A stretch of DNA of 62,786 nucleotides, counting the filler, from Rhabdomonas costata (taxonomy: Eukaryota): assembly GCA_019059605.1 (NCBI GenBank). It is 38 parts of 38 records of this genome, joined end to end, with 100 filler letters (N's around TTAATTAATTAA, not from the genome) between each part and the next. Parts side by side here need not be neighbours in the genome. Positions count along the whole stretch, not along the records: positions 61,233 to 62,786 come from JAHMHO010013164.1; 37 more parts are not named here. One strand, 5' to 3'. The notes beneath the pieces were generated by a model. The model was not told where the DNA came from and did no database searches. It saw nothing but the letters and a program-made list of their open reading frames with translations. The translations under genes and the position numbers were made by a program. Shown piece after piece: positions 61,542-62,786 of the stretch. Within the stretch, counting starts at the first letter, position 1; each line of letters starts with the position of its first letter.

Positions 61542-62786
61542 TTACGTCGTCAGGAAGGCCGCGCGAGGGCAAGGGAGAGGATGGAGTATGAGAAAAGGCG
61601 CGTGAGAAAAGAAGACGACAGAAAGACAAAGTTCGGCAAGTTGGAAAGAAACGAAAGCAAAGATTTTCAGAAGGATCAGAAACCGAAGAGAAGCAGAAGC
61701 AAGGAGTCCCCAAAAAATACACAGAAGAAAGGGGCAAGCAAGAAAGAAACGACAAGAAGAAAAGTACCGCTTTACCGGATAATGGGGCACGGGCAAGAAA
61801 GAAAAGTACTTGGGAATGGCGGGGACCAGGGGAAGACCAAAAAAAAAATAAGAATGGAGGGGCTTCCCTGTGACAGTAGTTGACCGCGTAGTAAGGGAAA
61901 GACGCGAAAAGGATGCCAAGGCCGCTGCATATGGTGTGGTCACTCTTCAGTACAGAATAGCAAGAGGAGCAGCGGTTGAAATGCACTTATTTACAGTGTT
62001 TGACGGCAGTGCGATTGCATTGATTTCAGTTCACGAGCAGGGGCAGCCCAAGTGCAGTACCTTACCAATGGCAGTCTTTTCCAACACAAACCCTTCTGAT
62101 TCATCCCAAATAGGAAAAGAGGTGAGTGGATCAAATGACAACGAACATAGCAAGACTTCCGGTGGGAGGCGACATCTACCTTCCTTTCCAGAACCTCCCC
62201 CCCCCCAACATTCTAGCTTTCTAGGCGTTTTGCAGGTGCTCCGAAACAGAAGGTTTCCAAGAGGAACAACCAACCGCTTCCAGAAAGAAGCAGCTGTAAA
62301 ATAACTCAGCAGAATGTAAGGCAGCGACAGTCTGAGGGAAACAGGACTGACAGGTTTGGAGGTTTGGGCATAAAGTTGAAAAAATGAGAACTTCTGCACA
62401 CAGGGTGCTTTTTCAAGTTCTCCACATTTCTCTATCCTCGGGCCGAGATCGAAGAGACGGGTGGAAAAGTGGACCCGACGGGCCAATCTCAACGATCCTC
62501 AACGACTACAACAGTGGCTGGAAAACAATGCAAACTGAGCGGGCTCACAAACACAAACACAGTCGCAACAGCAAAGCAGGTGAGCCTGCTCCATCGGCTT
62601 CGCCGGGTTCATCTGAAGAGCCACGGGCGCCTTTCCGAGTCAAAATGACACTAAGAAAGGGAACGCGTTGCAAAGCACACCATCGGACTTGGAAACTTCT
62701 CCACTTCACTCCTTGGCAAACGGAACTGGACGAAAAATACAGCAGCACAAAGCAAAATACAGCACGCTGGGTCAAACCACACAAAA

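Noticed and set aside
1..62786. Apparent gene cluster (RNR, MLH1, ERCC6, kinase, transposons) as one system
   Set aside because: Each lies on a separate, similar-length contig; no linkage can be inferred across spacers.
1..62786. tRNA, rRNA or spliced-leader RNA genes
   Set aside because: None recognised by eye; tRNAscan-SE and Infernal/Rfam would be needed to exclude them.

Overview
This window is not one genomic locus. It is 38 unrelated ~1.55 kb contigs joined by an artificial 100-nt spacer (N44-TTAATTAATTAA-N44), so gene neighbourhood across spacers is meaningless. The DNA is eukaryotic and intron-rich, with mostly GT-AG introns whose donors are unusually degenerate. Articulin-like exons, a B12-dependent class II ribonucleotide reductase and a fungal-type homoaconitase point to a euglenid; a canonical MAT exon hints at a heterotrophic one (inference). 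Most contig ends carry G/T-only tails consistent with whole-genome amplification primers. Recognisable gene fragments: two LamG/pentraxin-like secreted paralogs, MAT, LPA1/2-PG-kinase-like NTPase, IQ protein, class II RNR, TPS, ADAT2, histidine kinase, MLH1, MddA/nurim-like protein, DEK-HMG fusion, SPB1, homoaconitase, ABCG, subtilisin C-terminal domain, Ser/Thr tandem-repeat protein, UFD1, degenerate class III cyclase, ODC carrier, ERCC6 and articulin. Strongest hunt results: (1) an 88-nt non-GT-AG, self-folding intron candidate in MLH1; (2) two decayed CRE-like non-LTR retrotransposons sharing a structured 3' terminal motif; (3) a Merlin/IS1595-like transposase relic interrupted by a degenerate telomeric array; (4) a DEK+HMG-box fusion; (5) an in-frame collapsed 1428-bp repeat encoding an alternating Ser/Thr protein. 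I cannot claim a complete new system from such short fragments. All family calls are from motif recognition by eye; no database search was run.
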